Assembly: GCA_950097015.1 (NCBI GenBank)
Contig: CATNEN010000003.1
Location: forward strand, 930,001-994,000
DNA: 64,000 bases
Direction: 5' to 3'
From: Macrostomum hystrix
Lineage: Eukaryota > Animalia > Platyhelminthes
Part shown: positions 48,387 through 61,477 of the stretch, piece by piece
Layout of the letters: every line of letters starts with the position of its first letter
Numbering within the stretch: position 1 is the first letter of the stretch
The notes under the pieces: generated by a model
The model's database searches: none
Seen by the model: the letters and a program-made list of their open reading frames with translations, nothing else
Told to the model about the DNA's origin: nothing
Program-made: the position numbers and the translations under genes

Positions 48387-49310
48387 TAGGATTGTGTGTT
48401 GTTAAATTTCTAGTTGATCCACTTGCTGAAATCCTGACAGCTCAGTCAAAGCCAGTATTTTTTCGCTTTCGATCTTCTCTGTTTAGAGACTGTGCTCAGA
48501 AACGAATGTTTTCTCTTCTGATTTATCTTTATTTGAGATTGTGCTTGCGAGTGTTCGTTGATGATTATCACTTTGATAGCATCACCGAACCCTCTCCCTC
48601 TGCTATGCAAATCATCAATTTACCTATAGATTTAACATTTCGCTTACTAATATTACTTTTGAAAGTCAATATTGATTTGTTCTTGCATTGTGCCACAACT
48701 TATAATTCTTCGTCAAATAAAAGAAGAAGATAGGTTAATGCCTTTTTATTTTTTCTGACAGGGATTTTATCAAAGACCAAATATATCATTTATATGCCTT
48801 CGATCTCTTTATAATTATTCCAGATTTTTAAAGTAGCAGCCGAGGCGAATTCAATATGTCAGTGTCTCATCTCTCCGTGTCTCATCTCGAAAGCGCCACG
48901 TCTTTAGAATTCTAAATGTTTTCAATACTTACTTACTTACTTTATACTTACTTACGTACACCGATAGGTAGATAAATTGGGATTCTGGGAATTTGGGATT
49001 TAGTGGAAAATATTGATTCCACTGCCCTGTCCGAATCGTACTGTGTTGTGTAAACTTGTAAATAAATACCCAGTAGCCTTAGGATCATTATAATTCTCTT
49101 AGCACAAAAATGCACCAATAATACGAGCATGACAATATTACTTGACTGGGATTATTTAGTTAATTCCTAACATTTACGTTACGTTACGTTTACTTTTGCG
49201 TTTTGATTTAGAAACGTTGAATCCTTTCGATACTTGCCTACTTTTAGTAGAAGTAGATGAAAGACACCACATCATTTGTCCTGGCTTAATCGAACGTAAT
49301 TTGCTTTTAG

Positions 49311-49378
49311 CCAATGGGAAGCAGCGGCGTTGCTAAGTCTGTTGCTAAGATATTTTATCCAGCCTTGGGCTATATATT
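49311..49378 (+). promoter_or_regulatory. Putative H2A promoter (CCAAT and TATA-like)
   Basis: ccaat at 49311 and tatatatt at 49371, upstream of the ATG at 49467. Confidence 0.5.
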
Positions 49379-49466
49379 CTAAAGTAAATCAGCTCTTCAT
49401 GCCATCAAACAACTCCCCTACATTCGATTGTTCGACCTATTCGTCTACGCAAACTACTTATCAATC

Positions 49467-49853
49467 ATGTCTGGACGCGGCAAGGGTGGCAAGGCTCGCA
49501 CCAAGGCCAAGACTCGTTCGTCTCGCGCCGGCCTGCAGTTCCCAGTCGGCCGCATTCACCGTCTGCTCCGCAAGGGCAACTACGCTGAGCGCGTTGGCGC
49601 TGGCGCCCCGGTGTACCTGGCTGCCGTGCTGGAGTACCTGGCCGCTGAGGTCCTCGAGCTGGCTGGCAATGCCGCCCGCGACAACAAGAAGACTCGCATC
49701 ATCCCGCGTCATCTTCAGCTGGCTATCCGCAACGACGAAGAGCTGAACAAGTTGCTGAGCGGTGTGACCATTGCTCAGGGTGGTGTGCTGCCGAATATTC
49801 AGGCCGTGCTTCTGCCCAAGAAGACCAAGGTGCCCGGACCTGGCAAGGCCTAA
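49467..49853 (+). CDS. H2A: Histone H2A, canonical replication-dependent type
   Basis: MSGRGKGGK...[41 protein letters not shown]...VLLPKKT; intronless. Confidence 0.98.
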   Translation: MSGRGKGGKARTKAKTRSSRAGLQFPVGRIHRLLRKGNYAERVGAGAPVYLAAVLEYLAAEVLELAGNAARDNKKTRIIPRHLQLAIRNDEELNKLLSGVTIAQGGVLPNIQAVLLPKKTKVPGPGKA

Positions 49854-49930
49854 GCTGCTGGCCAAAGAAATTCGTAGTTATCAGCTGTTAATGCAAGCAT
49901 TACGGTGATGGCTAATATGAACGATAAAAC

Positions 49931-49946
49931 GGCCCTTTTCAGGGCC
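49931..49946 (+). promoter_or_regulatory. Histone mRNA 3' stem-loop
   Basis: aaaac-GGCCCTTTTCAGGGCC-acca, ~78 nt after the H2A stop codon. Confidence 0.95.
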
Positions 49947-52565
49947 ACCAAATCTGAATGATGTTGCTCAGTCAATACCAGCCGCTCGCGCTTATTTATT
50001 ACGCTTGATATACGCTTGCAATGCTCACCTAGCATTTAACAGGCCCACATGTATGGCTCGACTGTAGCTAGATTAATGTCTAAAGCCTATTTTACTATTC
50101 CTCAAATTTTGACTGTTTATTAAATTATATTAGGACGAAAGAAAACGGCTTCTATACGGAATAGTTCAACAATACACTTAAAAAGCTAGTTTTATACGTG
50201 CAGACGATACATTTGTAGAATTCTATATTCATAGCATTGTCTGTCTCACTTACCAGCAGAACATTGTCTGGCATTTGGATAATTATACTTGTGTATAACA
50301 AGTATAACTGCTATTAGTAGGCCTATAAGCATAACCCGTAATAACGAGCAGATTCAACGACTTGTACTTGTTGCAGTCGTATTCAAATTAAATTCATTTA
50401 GATTTGGAACACTATAAGTTAAAAACTTGAAATGGCAGATCGACAGTACAGATAGCAGATAATTAAGGTACATGATATACCCTATAGTTCTATTACCTTT
50501 TTTACAGCAATATAATTATAGCATTTTATTATTGGGAACCTCTATATTTTGCTTACGGTTCATCGCGGCGTTTAAACAGACCGTTCTTTGAACAACTAGG
50601 CGTGGTAAATAATATCTCCAAAATTGTGAGCGTGGTAAGTAAATTATAGAACATCAAGCTGGTATTCTGCTTAAACGGCCCTTTTAAGGACCGCCATATT
50701 TTAGGACGGAATTTTTTGACAAGTTTCATTGACAAGAAACATTTTCTTGATAGAAAAATCGCTTCTTTATCCTTAATTGAAAATTAGAATATATTTTATA
50801 TAAATGCATGCAATGTACAACTTATCGCTTCATGTTTCGATTGAGCCAAGCACAGTAACTTTATGCTTAATTTACAAAGAATGTAGGGCCATAGTGCATC
50901 AGCTCCCGAAATGCCAGATAAAGTTTAACTGTGAGCCTAATAAAGCTGCACAAGCTGACACGAGAGACTCAGTGAACCAATCGGTCACTAGGATGCAGGC
51001 CGGATTGATGTAGCGAAACGCGCTTTGAATATTCTTACAATACAGAGTTTGCCAAAGGTAAACTGATTAGGCCAGCTGAATGCGCCCAACTCGACTGCAG
51101 AAGTGCGAACAGCTAAATTAGGTATGGAGTACCCGAGCGGCTGCAGCTCTACAAGTCGAGCAGCGGGCACAAGCAAGCTGGTTCCGGCCTGGGACCCAAG
51201 GAGTCGAGCAGCGAAGCTTAATTTATTTAAACACTGCAGGTGCAAGCTCGCCATTGAAACCACCTGCTTCTAACCGGAGGGTTAGGGTTAATGATGACCA
51301 TTGGGAGTTGCTAAAAAACAACAGCCTGGGTCAGTTTAGTCGACTCGCTGACAGAAGCCCGGCCGGAGAAATGTTTACTGGCAACTCTGTACTTACTGGC
51401 GTTCGCGAAACTTAAATTTAGACTGAATCTCAACGCGCGACTATTTATTTTACTGATAACAGGGAGTGGGGTGGGAGACTGGCGGGCTGATAAAATGTCT
51501 ATGCTTTGTTGGTAGAGAGAGATGCGCCAAGCTATTTCAGCAGCCCACCACCCCACATATCTGATTGGCTGGAGGTAGGAAACACTTAAAGAGATAAGAA
51601 AGGGCAGTCAAGCGTAATGTAAAAAATTTTAGTGCCCTAATTTTGATGCTTTTGGATTGGCTGGGGAAAAATCACTTCTACCCGAAGCCCAAAATGCGTA
51701 CATTAGAATAACTAAGTGCGAAAGTTGAACGGAAAATATTGATAGTGCACACGCAAGCTGGCTCTCAATCAGAGTAAACATAATCAAATTACGGATTTCT
51801 ATTAGACTTGAGGGGCAGCTATATCATTAATGGTTGAGGGCATATACTCGCACTAGACACCCGAACAATAGCAGCATCAATATATGCTATTGTTTGGGAC
51901 TCAATAGTCCTGGTGTCACCTTTAATTATCAAAGCGCAAGCTTATTCAATAAAATATGATGAATTAGGTTGCTTATCAGTTGTTCCGCAACACAAGCCAG
52001 ACAACCACTTTTGTTTTCCCATATTTAAAATTTTATTTGTCAGTACAGACAGAACAAACTACTGTAAAGTAGGGTGTTTAGCACGGAGTCAAAATCAAGC
52101 AAAGATAGGCCGAATTTCAAATGCTGAAATGCTTATTCAGGTATAGTTAAATTATTACACCCAGAATAATAAAGGATCCATTTTAGAAATTATTAAAGAC
52201 AACGGTTGAACAATTGCAAAAAATGAAACCAATGCAAATTGTATACAAAAGCTGCGAGTTGCAATAAAAAATGAATGTTACGTTGTCGACATTGCCTTTG
52301 CATCGGACATGCAGAAAATACAGGAATATCAGCCAAAAGGAAGCAAATTGCATAAATAAAATGCAGACACTAAGGAAAAACTGAAAATTTCATACGCCAG
52401 ATGGTAATGAAAAGATGAAACCGAATTAAAACAGATGATAAAAAATATGATAGCTTTAAAACATGTAAATTTATCGTGCATTGTTAGTTGAAGAAGCCGT
52501 TAAACTACTTACATAGCATAGGTAATCAGTAAGAGTGAGTAGTATGATTAGCGCATGCAGCCAGT

Positions 52566-55500
52566 CTAGCTGCGTTTAACTTCGGCGCACATCTGCAGCA
52601 CACTGCTTCGAAGACCATCGTCCAGAGTCTCAGAGAACTGCTGGCAAAGTCTTTCGCAAGTGTCTGCAACGAATTCGGCCGCACTGCTCCTGTCGCTGGC
52701 ACCGTCGGGTAGGTCAATGGCTGCCGCTGAAGCTGCTCGAATTTGACGGGCGGCAGATTGCAACTCGGAGCAGATGCTGTTGAGCTTTGTGTCGCGAAGG
52801 CTCATGAGAAACTCGCAATTGTCAGCTCGATATTTGCACTCGTAGTACCTGCGAGGGAGCATGATTAGCTTGAAGCCAAATTTATGGATTGAGAAATCCC
52901 AATAATGGAGTGAGAAATCCGAATCATGGATGGAGAAATCCTAATCATGGATTGAGACATCCCAATCATAGATTGAGAAATCACAATCATGGATTGAGAA
53001 ATCCGAATCATGGACTGAAAAATCCTAATCATGGATGGAGAAATCCTAATCATGGATTGAGACATCCCAATCATAGATAGAAAAATCCGAATCATGGATT
53101 GAGAAATCCGAATCATGGATTGAGAAATCTAAATCATGGATTGAGAAATCTGAATCATGGATTGAGAAATCACAATCATGGATTGAGACATCCCAATCAT
53201 AGATTGAGAAATCACAATCATGGATTGAGAAATCCCAATCATGGACTGAAAAATCCTAATCATGGATGGAGAAATCATAATCATGGATTGAGACATCCCA
53301 ATCATAGATTGAGAAATCCGAATAATGGATTGAGGAATCCGAATCATGGATTGAGAAATCCGAATCATCGATTGAGAAATCCCAATCATAGATTGAGAAA
53401 TCCGAATCATGGATTTAGAAATCCGAATCATCGATTGAGAAATCCGAATCATGGATTGAGAAATCCGAATCATCGATTGAGAAATCCCAATCATAGATTG
53501 AGAAATCCGAATCATGGATTGAGAAATCCGAATCATGGATTGAGAAATCCGAATCATGGATTGAGAAATCTAAATCATGGATTGAGAAATCTGAATCATG
53601 GATTGAGAAATCTAAATCATGGATTGAGAAATCTGAATCATGGATTGAGAAATCTAAATCATGGATTGAGAAATCTGAATCATGGATTGAGAAATCCGAA
53701 TCATGGATTGAGGAATCCGAATCATGGATTGAGAAATCCGAATCATCGATTGAGAAATCCCAATCATAGATTGAGAAATCCGAATCATGGATTGAGAAAT
53801 CCGAATCATGGATTGAGAAATCCTAATCATGGATTGAGAAATCTGAATCATGGATTGAGAAATCTAAATCATGGATTGAGAAATCTGAATCATGGATTGA
53901 GAAATCTAAATCATGGATTGAGAAATCTGAATCATGGATTGAGAAATCCGAATCATGGATTGAGAAATCACAAATATGGAATCGAAAACTTTTATTTCGA
54001 ACTTTGAATAATGGATATACACACAAATTTTAGATAAAAATATATCACTATGATGAAAAATCCTTAACTTGAATTCCGAAATCTTAATATTTAATTTAGA
54101 AATCCCTAATTAAAGATTAAGAAACACAATTAAAAATTACGAAATCCCCAATCAATACGAGTAATAAGGAGATACAAAATTTATGATAAAAAATCCCTAA
54201 GCAATTGAGGAATCCCACATCAAAGATGAAGAAATGGCTGTCTTGAATTAATAAATTTCAAGTCCCACCCGGGATTAGGCAATTTTGATTACACAAAAAA
54301 TCCTCACAAAACCCACCTGGCAGCCAGCTCCTTGCGCTCCGCCTCCCTCTGCGCGGCTTCGGCCTCCATTTCTCGCAGTCGCTCCTCGAAGACGGCAATT
54401 TCTGCCCGAGCACTGGCCTGGCCCGATTTGCGCTGCTCAACCATTTCTAGGCGATCGAACTCGCTCTGCTCCAGCCGCTCGCTCAGCTGGTTTAGCTCAT
54501 AGTTGAGGTATTCAATCTGGAAATTTGTTGGCCTAATTAAGAACAATTGTGCTCTCGATTGACAAGGAATACCTTGTGGAGAAAAATGTGCTGTAAAAAG
54601 CGAAAATAACACAACGGATCAATTAATCACTAACAAGTTATAGGTGTTAAAATGATCCTATAAATCCATACCAAGATTAAGCAATTCTACATGACAGCTC
54701 TTTAATCCCATACTAAGCCTTTGCCATCTCACACTGGTATTCGGCAATCACAAATCCCCATGCATGGGGATTTTATATTCACAATCAGGGATTCGGTAAA
54801 ATAAAATCAAGAATGCAATAATCTCAATCAAGAATTTAATAATCCCATTGGGAAACTTAATAACCCAATCGGGAATTGAATAATCCCAATCGGGAATTGA
54901 ATAATGCCAATCGGGAATTGAATAATCCCAATCGGGAATTGAATAATCCCAATCGGGAATTTAATACTCCCAATCGGGAATCTAATAATCCCAATCGGGA
55001 ATTCAATAATCCCAATCGGGAATTCAATAATCCCAATCGGGAATTCAATAATCCCAATCGGGAATTCAATAATCCCAATCGGGAATTGAATAATCCCAAT
55101 CGGGAATTTAATACTCCCAATCGGGAATCTAATAATCCCAATCGGGAATTCAATAATCCCAATCGGGAATTCAATAATCCCAATCGGGAATTCAATAATC
55201 CCAATCGGGAATTCAATAATCCCAATCGGGAATTCAATAATCCCAATCGGGAATTTAATAATCCCAATCGGCAATTCAATAATCCCAATCGGGAATTCAA
55301 TAATCCCAAGTTCAAAAACTTTAGACTCACCTGCAAAGCGTACTGTTCCCTCTCATCTAGCAGGTTCTGTTCCATATCAGACCAAGCCAAATCAGTCTGG
55401 CAGGCCACACTAGTGTTACACGGCTGCTGCTGCTGCTGCTGCTGCTGCTCAGCCAGATATCTAGCCAAAACATCGCTAAGCCGTTGTCTCTCAGCGTTGA

Positions 55501-57411
55501 GTCGAACAGTCTCAGCGGCTAGTTTGTCCAGCAGATTAGCAAGTTCACCAGCTCGATCGTCTAACAAATCGATAGTATTGGTAATTGAGCTAGTATCGGA
55601 GTTACTGGCACAGCTCCTAGCTGATACGCCTGTGGCAGCGTTGATCATGGCCACATTTGAACGACGACTCAGGTGAGACCGAATCGAGCTGGCTAGGTCA
55701 TTGAGCAGCGCAGGGTAGCTCGCGCTGCGCCGATGCCTGCCGCTTGGCGCCGCTTCCGCCGTGGTCGACCGTCGCGGCTGCTGCTGCTGCAGCGGCGGCT
55801 GCGGCGTAGGCGCAGCCGGGGACAACGATGACATCAGTGGCGGCGGCAGTCGAGTTGGCGACGGTGGAGTTGGTGGCGGCGGTGGCAGAGTGGGAGGCGG
55901 CTGAACACGTTCGGGGCTGGGTGTCTTGGCTCGACGCAGCTGCTTTTTCTTCTTTGCAGACTAAAAATGCGATGCAAACACTATGTGAAATGCAACTGTG
56001 GTGCCATGCTACCTTCTGATTTCTGAACCCTCTCAAAGCAAGCATTAGTCCATGTGTCATCTAGAAGTATAAGCTAACCCGTAATCCATGTGTCATCTAG
56101 AAGCATAAGCTAACCCGTAATCCATGTGTCATCTAGAAGTATAAGCTAACCCGTAATCCATGTGTCATCTAGAAGCATAAGCTAACCCGTAATCCATGTG
56201 TCATCTAGAAGCATAAGCTAACCCGTAATCCATGTGTCATCTAGAAGTATAAGCTAACCCGTAATCCATGTGTCATCTAGAAGCATAAGCTAACCCGTAA
56301 TCCATGTGTCATCTAGAAGTATAAGCTAACCCGTAATCCATGTGTCATCTAGAAGTATAAGCGAATCCCTAATCCCTGTGTTATCTAGAAGTATAAGCTA
56401 ATCCCTAATCCCTGTGTCATCTAGAAGTATAAGCTAATCCCTAATCCCTGTGTTATCTAGAAGTATAAGCTAATCCCTAATCCCTGTGTCATCTAGAAGT
56501 ATAAGCTAATCCCTAATCCCTGTGTCATCTAGAAGTATAAGCTAATCCCTAATCCCTGTGTTATCTAGAAGTATAAGCTAATCCCTATGTCATCTAGAAG
56601 TATAAGCTAATCCCTAATCCCTGTGTTATCTAGAAGTATAAGCTAATCCCTAATCCCTGTGTCATCTAGAAGTATAAGTTAATCCCTAATCCCTGTGTTA
56701 TCTAGAAGTATACGCTAATCTCTAATCCCTGTGTCATAGAAGTCTCGGCTGATCCCTAATCAATTGTGTCTTCTTGAAGTACAAGCTAATCCTAAATCCC
56801 TGTGTCTTCTGCATCTCTTATCTAATCTAATCTAATATCTTATTCTTACTGTCAGGCTCACCTTGTTATCTTTCTTGGACACTGCGGACACAGTTGCGGG
56901 CACAGCAGTCGCATTGCTGTTGCCATTCCGAAGCATCAGCGGCTGTCTCTGCGGCCTAACAGCCGAGCAGTCGCCAGACTGATCTCTAGCCTTTTTATCC
57001 AATAGAAAATCGCGAAATCGAGCCAGATGAGGCACTGTCGAGTGCTGCAACAATTGCAACAGGTCGGACACTGTCGCCTCACTGTACAGTCGGTCCTCAT
57101 TCAATGATCCAGCTGGTGGAAGAAACCTACTGGTTGGACTGTCATGCTGCTGCTGCTGCTGCTGCTGTTGTCTGCGATTAGTCCGAGGCCGAGCACAACT
57201 GGCAGCGAGGCTGCCGGCAATGTCCAGGCCGCGGCGATGAGACGGCGATGCGGTGGCGTCAGAGGAAAGCTTAAAAAAATTGTGCATTAATGTTATCAGA
57301 ATTAATAAAATCAATAGTTACTGTTATTTCAAACCTAGTGAAAGAAATTTACGAACTTACATTGGGTATGGATTCATCAAATGGTGAAATATCGCACATT
57401 TTACTGGACAT
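52566..57411 (-). CDS. Orphan proline-rich/coiled-coil protein, 5 exons
   Basis: Phase-compatible exons 57361-57411, 56862-57269, 55331-55960, 54317-54516 (IEYLNYELNQLSERLEQSEFDRLEMVEQ) and 52566-52848 (YYECKYRADNCEFLM). Confidence 0.75.
52880..53985. repeat. 21-bp minisatellite
   Basis: Unit gagaaatccgaatcatggatt. Confidence 0.96.
54820..55308. repeat. 21-bp minisatellite
   Basis: Unit aataatcccaatcgggaattc. Confidence 0.96.
56050..56810. repeat. 36-bp minisatellite with two variant blocks
   Basis: Unit catgtgtcatctagaagtataagctaacccgtaatc, switching to gctaatccctaatccctg after ~56360. Confidence 0.95.
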
Positions 57412-57842
57412 GGAAATTGCTGAAAATATTGTTTCAGGATGCTGATTATTAAAAGCACAGTGTTACAAGCAACAGTCATTTGAGGTGTAATATTATAATT
57501 TAAAATGCAATATATAATTTATTGATAATATTTCTTTTCCATTCTGGACATTGACATCTATTAAACGCACTGAATGTGTATGAACATGGTGGCTGGTTTT
57601 TATAATGTGTTTGGTATAGCTGGTTTAAAAACAGAACTTTTAGTCATTAGTCACAAATATTTGGCAATGTATATAAGTGCTTAATTGTATTGGACAAGAT
57701 TGACTGGTTCTGCAGTGTATGCCAAGCCACACCCACAGACCAGTCTGCTGTCAAGCACTATAGCTACAGCTGAGCCTGTTAGCAAACATATCAAAGTAGT
57801 TCAAGTAAATGGTCTCTTGGCAGAGTTGTAAATACTTGTACT

Positions 57843-58745
57843 CAGTGTTGGGCACAGGTCCGATACTCCAATACTCTGATAGTATCACCAATACCATTTG
57901 AGTATAGGAGTATCGGACCTCAATACCTTTTTTCTCTGTATTGGACCATGGTATCGCGCGATACATTTTCTCAAGTCCAATAATCCAATACATTTAATCG
58001 AATTTAATACATTTACAGTAATACATTTTTGCTTTTTTTGACTAAAAAGCCTAGAAAGGGTTAACAAAAGTACAAAAAATGTTACTTACGTAATTTAATA
58101 CTAGCACTTAATTTTGATCAATTAAATATTGATTGATTGACCAATTTTGATCAATAAATTTAAGTTTTTGTTAACTACATTAAGTTACTTTCAATTATAT
58201 ATTTTTCTTAATCTGAAGTTGTATTAGAAGAACATTGTTATTTAAAATTTAACTAGTGAGTTAGCTATTGGCCTATTGTACTACTGGCAACTATCAACTA
58301 TGCCAGGCCGACGCCATGGCAATTGTCAAGCAGGCCCCAGGGGCAGCTAATAACAGCCATAGGTCTAGTTCTACTGATGATGTCATTTATGTCAATGGTG
58401 TTGCTTCTGTGACTACTTCCACCACTAGCACTCAAATGTCATAAATATAATGACAACTTAAAACAATATTTTGCACATTTAATCTTATTCTCTTGTCAGC
58501 CATGTCTCACTAGAGTCTTTAGTGTCTACAAATGAAGTTACTATGAGCTTTTTCTTCAATTTTAGGCTTCAAAGATGCAGAAAACAAGAAAAAAATGATG
58601 TATTGGACTAAGTATTGGATTAAAGTATCAAGAGATACTCAAATTTTGGTACTGGACCAACAAATATCTCCAATACCTTTTAGAGTATCAGTATCTGAAT
58701 ATTGCTTTAAAGCTATAATTTTTTTAAGTATTGTGCTAAACACTG
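57843..58745. mobile_element. hAT-type non-autonomous element
   Basis: Ends cagtgttgggcaca / tgtgctaaacactg, subterminal aatac/gtatt repeats, and a degenerate 8-bp TSD cttgtact/cacgtact. Confidence 0.65.
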
Positions 58746-61477
58746 CACGTACTATGGATGTAGCAAAGCAATATGCAAATTACGATATCTATACAAGTCT
58801 ATATTTAGCAAGTTTAATTGCTTCAAAATTTAGGTCAAGGACTGGCATTGTTAATTAAAGCAGAGCTTGCTAAGAGGCCATACTAACAACTAAAATTGTA
58901 GCTACACAACATATTATCTACAATCAGGAGACCCAACTAGTACCATTAGTTAAAAATACAAACTGCTCAAACATAACAAGAGCTAAGGAATAAACACAGT
59001 GTGCTACAATCATTTGTTTATCATATGCACATGATAAATGAGGATAGTCATTGCCAAAGACCATGTTTATGTCTTTAACTAATATATATAAAAAGTCATT
59101 TGAGTTAGGTCAATTGCTTGTTTGAGCAATTGACAAAGGTTTATATATTTGCCTCTCACAACAAGGTCGCTGAGCTTGATTTTAAATTATGTAATAAGGC
59201 CACATGATTTCTGCAGCAACAGTGAAGTCTTAGAAACTAGTGCTGTTGTGCAAAATGCCCCTAGGCCTAAGAGCCTGGACATGGTGAAAGTATATACTGG
59301 TACAATGATGATGAGAAAGTCAGGACAGATTTAAAAACCTCTATGTGAGCATGTGGATGTGCCTACATGGCTAGGCCTACACCCAATAGCCATAGGCCTA
59401 TGTGCGTGGGTGTATATGCTTAGTAATCAATGATATTAGCAGAACTGCCTACTATCAATATAGTGTCACTAGATAGGCCTAATGTCACTGTGCCATTGCC
59501 AATAGCCCTTAAAGAAAAAAAAACCCTATCTTGGTCCCACTGTAGTCCATTTCAGTCCTATTGCAGTCCATTGTGGTCTATTTGGGTGCTTATAAGGTCA
59601 TGGATGGTTGCAAATATAAAGTAATAAATATCAAATAATTATTTTTTTATCTTGTTTGCTAAGCTAACATCTATGAGGACTATATTAGGCCTAGGCCTAT
59701 GTATTACTAATTACACAGATTTAATACAGTGCAGTGTGTTTTTGTTTTGTTTTATGTTACATGGACTAGAAACATAGTTGATCTCACTTTGGTGTCACAT
59801 TGCATGTGTAGGGGGCCTAATGTGGATTCACTAGGCCTATCATGCACTTTCTAAGATACACCTGCACTTAGTCTATCTATAGGTCTATAGGCCTAGCCTA
59901 AAAATGGCCTTTAAAATGTTTTAAATGATGATGTAGCTTAATTTATTTGCTTAAAGGCGATTACTGCTATGTATGCAGAGGCCTAGCTAGTGTTGCTAGG
60001 CCTATTCTGTATTTGTAATAGTCATTGAAATTACTTTCAATATTATATTCAAATACCTCTAAAACGACCTTCGTAGAACGTTAACAATAAGAAATACAAC
60101 AACATTGTGAGAGTAAAAGTTAGAATAATAATTAGCACTAGAACAAATTTGGTGGCATTCAGTAGAATATTAAATATTATAAAATAACCCTAGCAGGCTA
60201 GCACACATGCATGACATGGAGGCATGCACCATTAGCCTGTGTTTGTGTGTAAATGACGACATTAAATTTAAGTATTAAATTAGCAGTAATTAAATTGCGC
60301 AGACAAAAAATCTGTTTAGGCCTAGCCAATTAGGCCCCTATAGCTCGATGTATTTCCAGAATTGGAACTACAGTTTTAAAATATTAGAAAGCAGTTTTTA
60401 ATTTAAGTTCGTGCGAAATTTTAACGAATATTTTTACGGAGAGCTAAAGACAAGTTTGCTAAAGATATGTCTTCTGCTCGTGTTTCTTACTTAACCAGAA
60501 GAAACACTAATTGATCTTTGAGTAGGTTTTCCAAATCATTCGTCGATTTTTAATAGTAAATAATAATTTCTAAATGATAAAAACTTTTCAACTGATAAAT
60601 ACTGACTTGAAATTATAATCGAGAGGGCAGAGGAGTTTCACGAACTGGCCTGACCAACGCCAAACGCACTTTTCTTTTGCAAAATCACTAGAAAAAATGT
60701 GTCATTGCAGCACGTTATCCGCGAGTGTGGCCGCTAGTACGCGTATATATGAGGCAATCTGTGGCTGGGCATGCCCAATGCTTGGCGTGCGCTGGTCAGC
60801 GCTAGCTGCTCGAAATGAGGGCATTGCATTTTGGTGGGTTCTTATGATGATCTTCTACCGATCCTGATCGAGGGTCTTAAACAAGGTCTAGCTGTCTCCA
60901 AAGACCACTAGGATTAGCTAGTCTACCCCTAGTGGTCCTTGGCTGTGTCACGATAGTGTATATACACTTGACTATTCTTAAAATTAACGTGGTTCGAATT
61001 GTAAAATTCATACTACTAGTACGAGTATTAGTGTCATAAAAATTGATTGGATATGCACTGATCTTCTTCCTGATCTGCTAAAGAGTCTTCTCTCGGATCG
61101 TTGCATCAGCTGCCCGCAGGTTCTTGTGACGCTTTGAATTAAAATGAGTGAGCTGGGAAAAGAGAGTCGATTATTCGATTTTATTAATGACTCGATCCGT
61201 TAGCTCCAAACTTTTTCTGATATAAGAAAAATAGGTTAGTGGCAAGTTTTGCTAACCCAGTGCAGTCAATGCCAATTAAGTAGTTTATATTGTACTTTGG
61301 AATTGTAGTCTATAGTTTCAGTGAATTCATGAATCAAAGGCAGCTGTTTATCGATAGAGATAAAAATCGAGGATTATCAGAGTGGGGAAATCACACAAAT
61401 CACGCGCTGACCCAACCTTGATCCAGCTGAGCGATATGTACAACAAGACTCTTCTCTGATTGGCCCGACAACAGAAC

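Noticed and set aside
49428-49466. N-terminally extended H2A as given in the ORF track
   Set aside because: The track starts at TTG; the canonical MSGRGK start is at 49467.
51278-51290. Telomeric TTAGGG-like repeats (also ~23752-23770)
   Set aside because: Only 2-3 imperfect copies, which is expected by chance.
50988-51556. GC-richer stretch with short ORFs downstream of H2A
   Set aside because: No recognisable domain or consistent exon structure.
52865-55310. ORFs made of LRNPNHG, NNPNREF or FPIGIIE repeats
   Set aside because: They lie inside GT-AG introns of the coiled-coil gene and are minisatellite translations.
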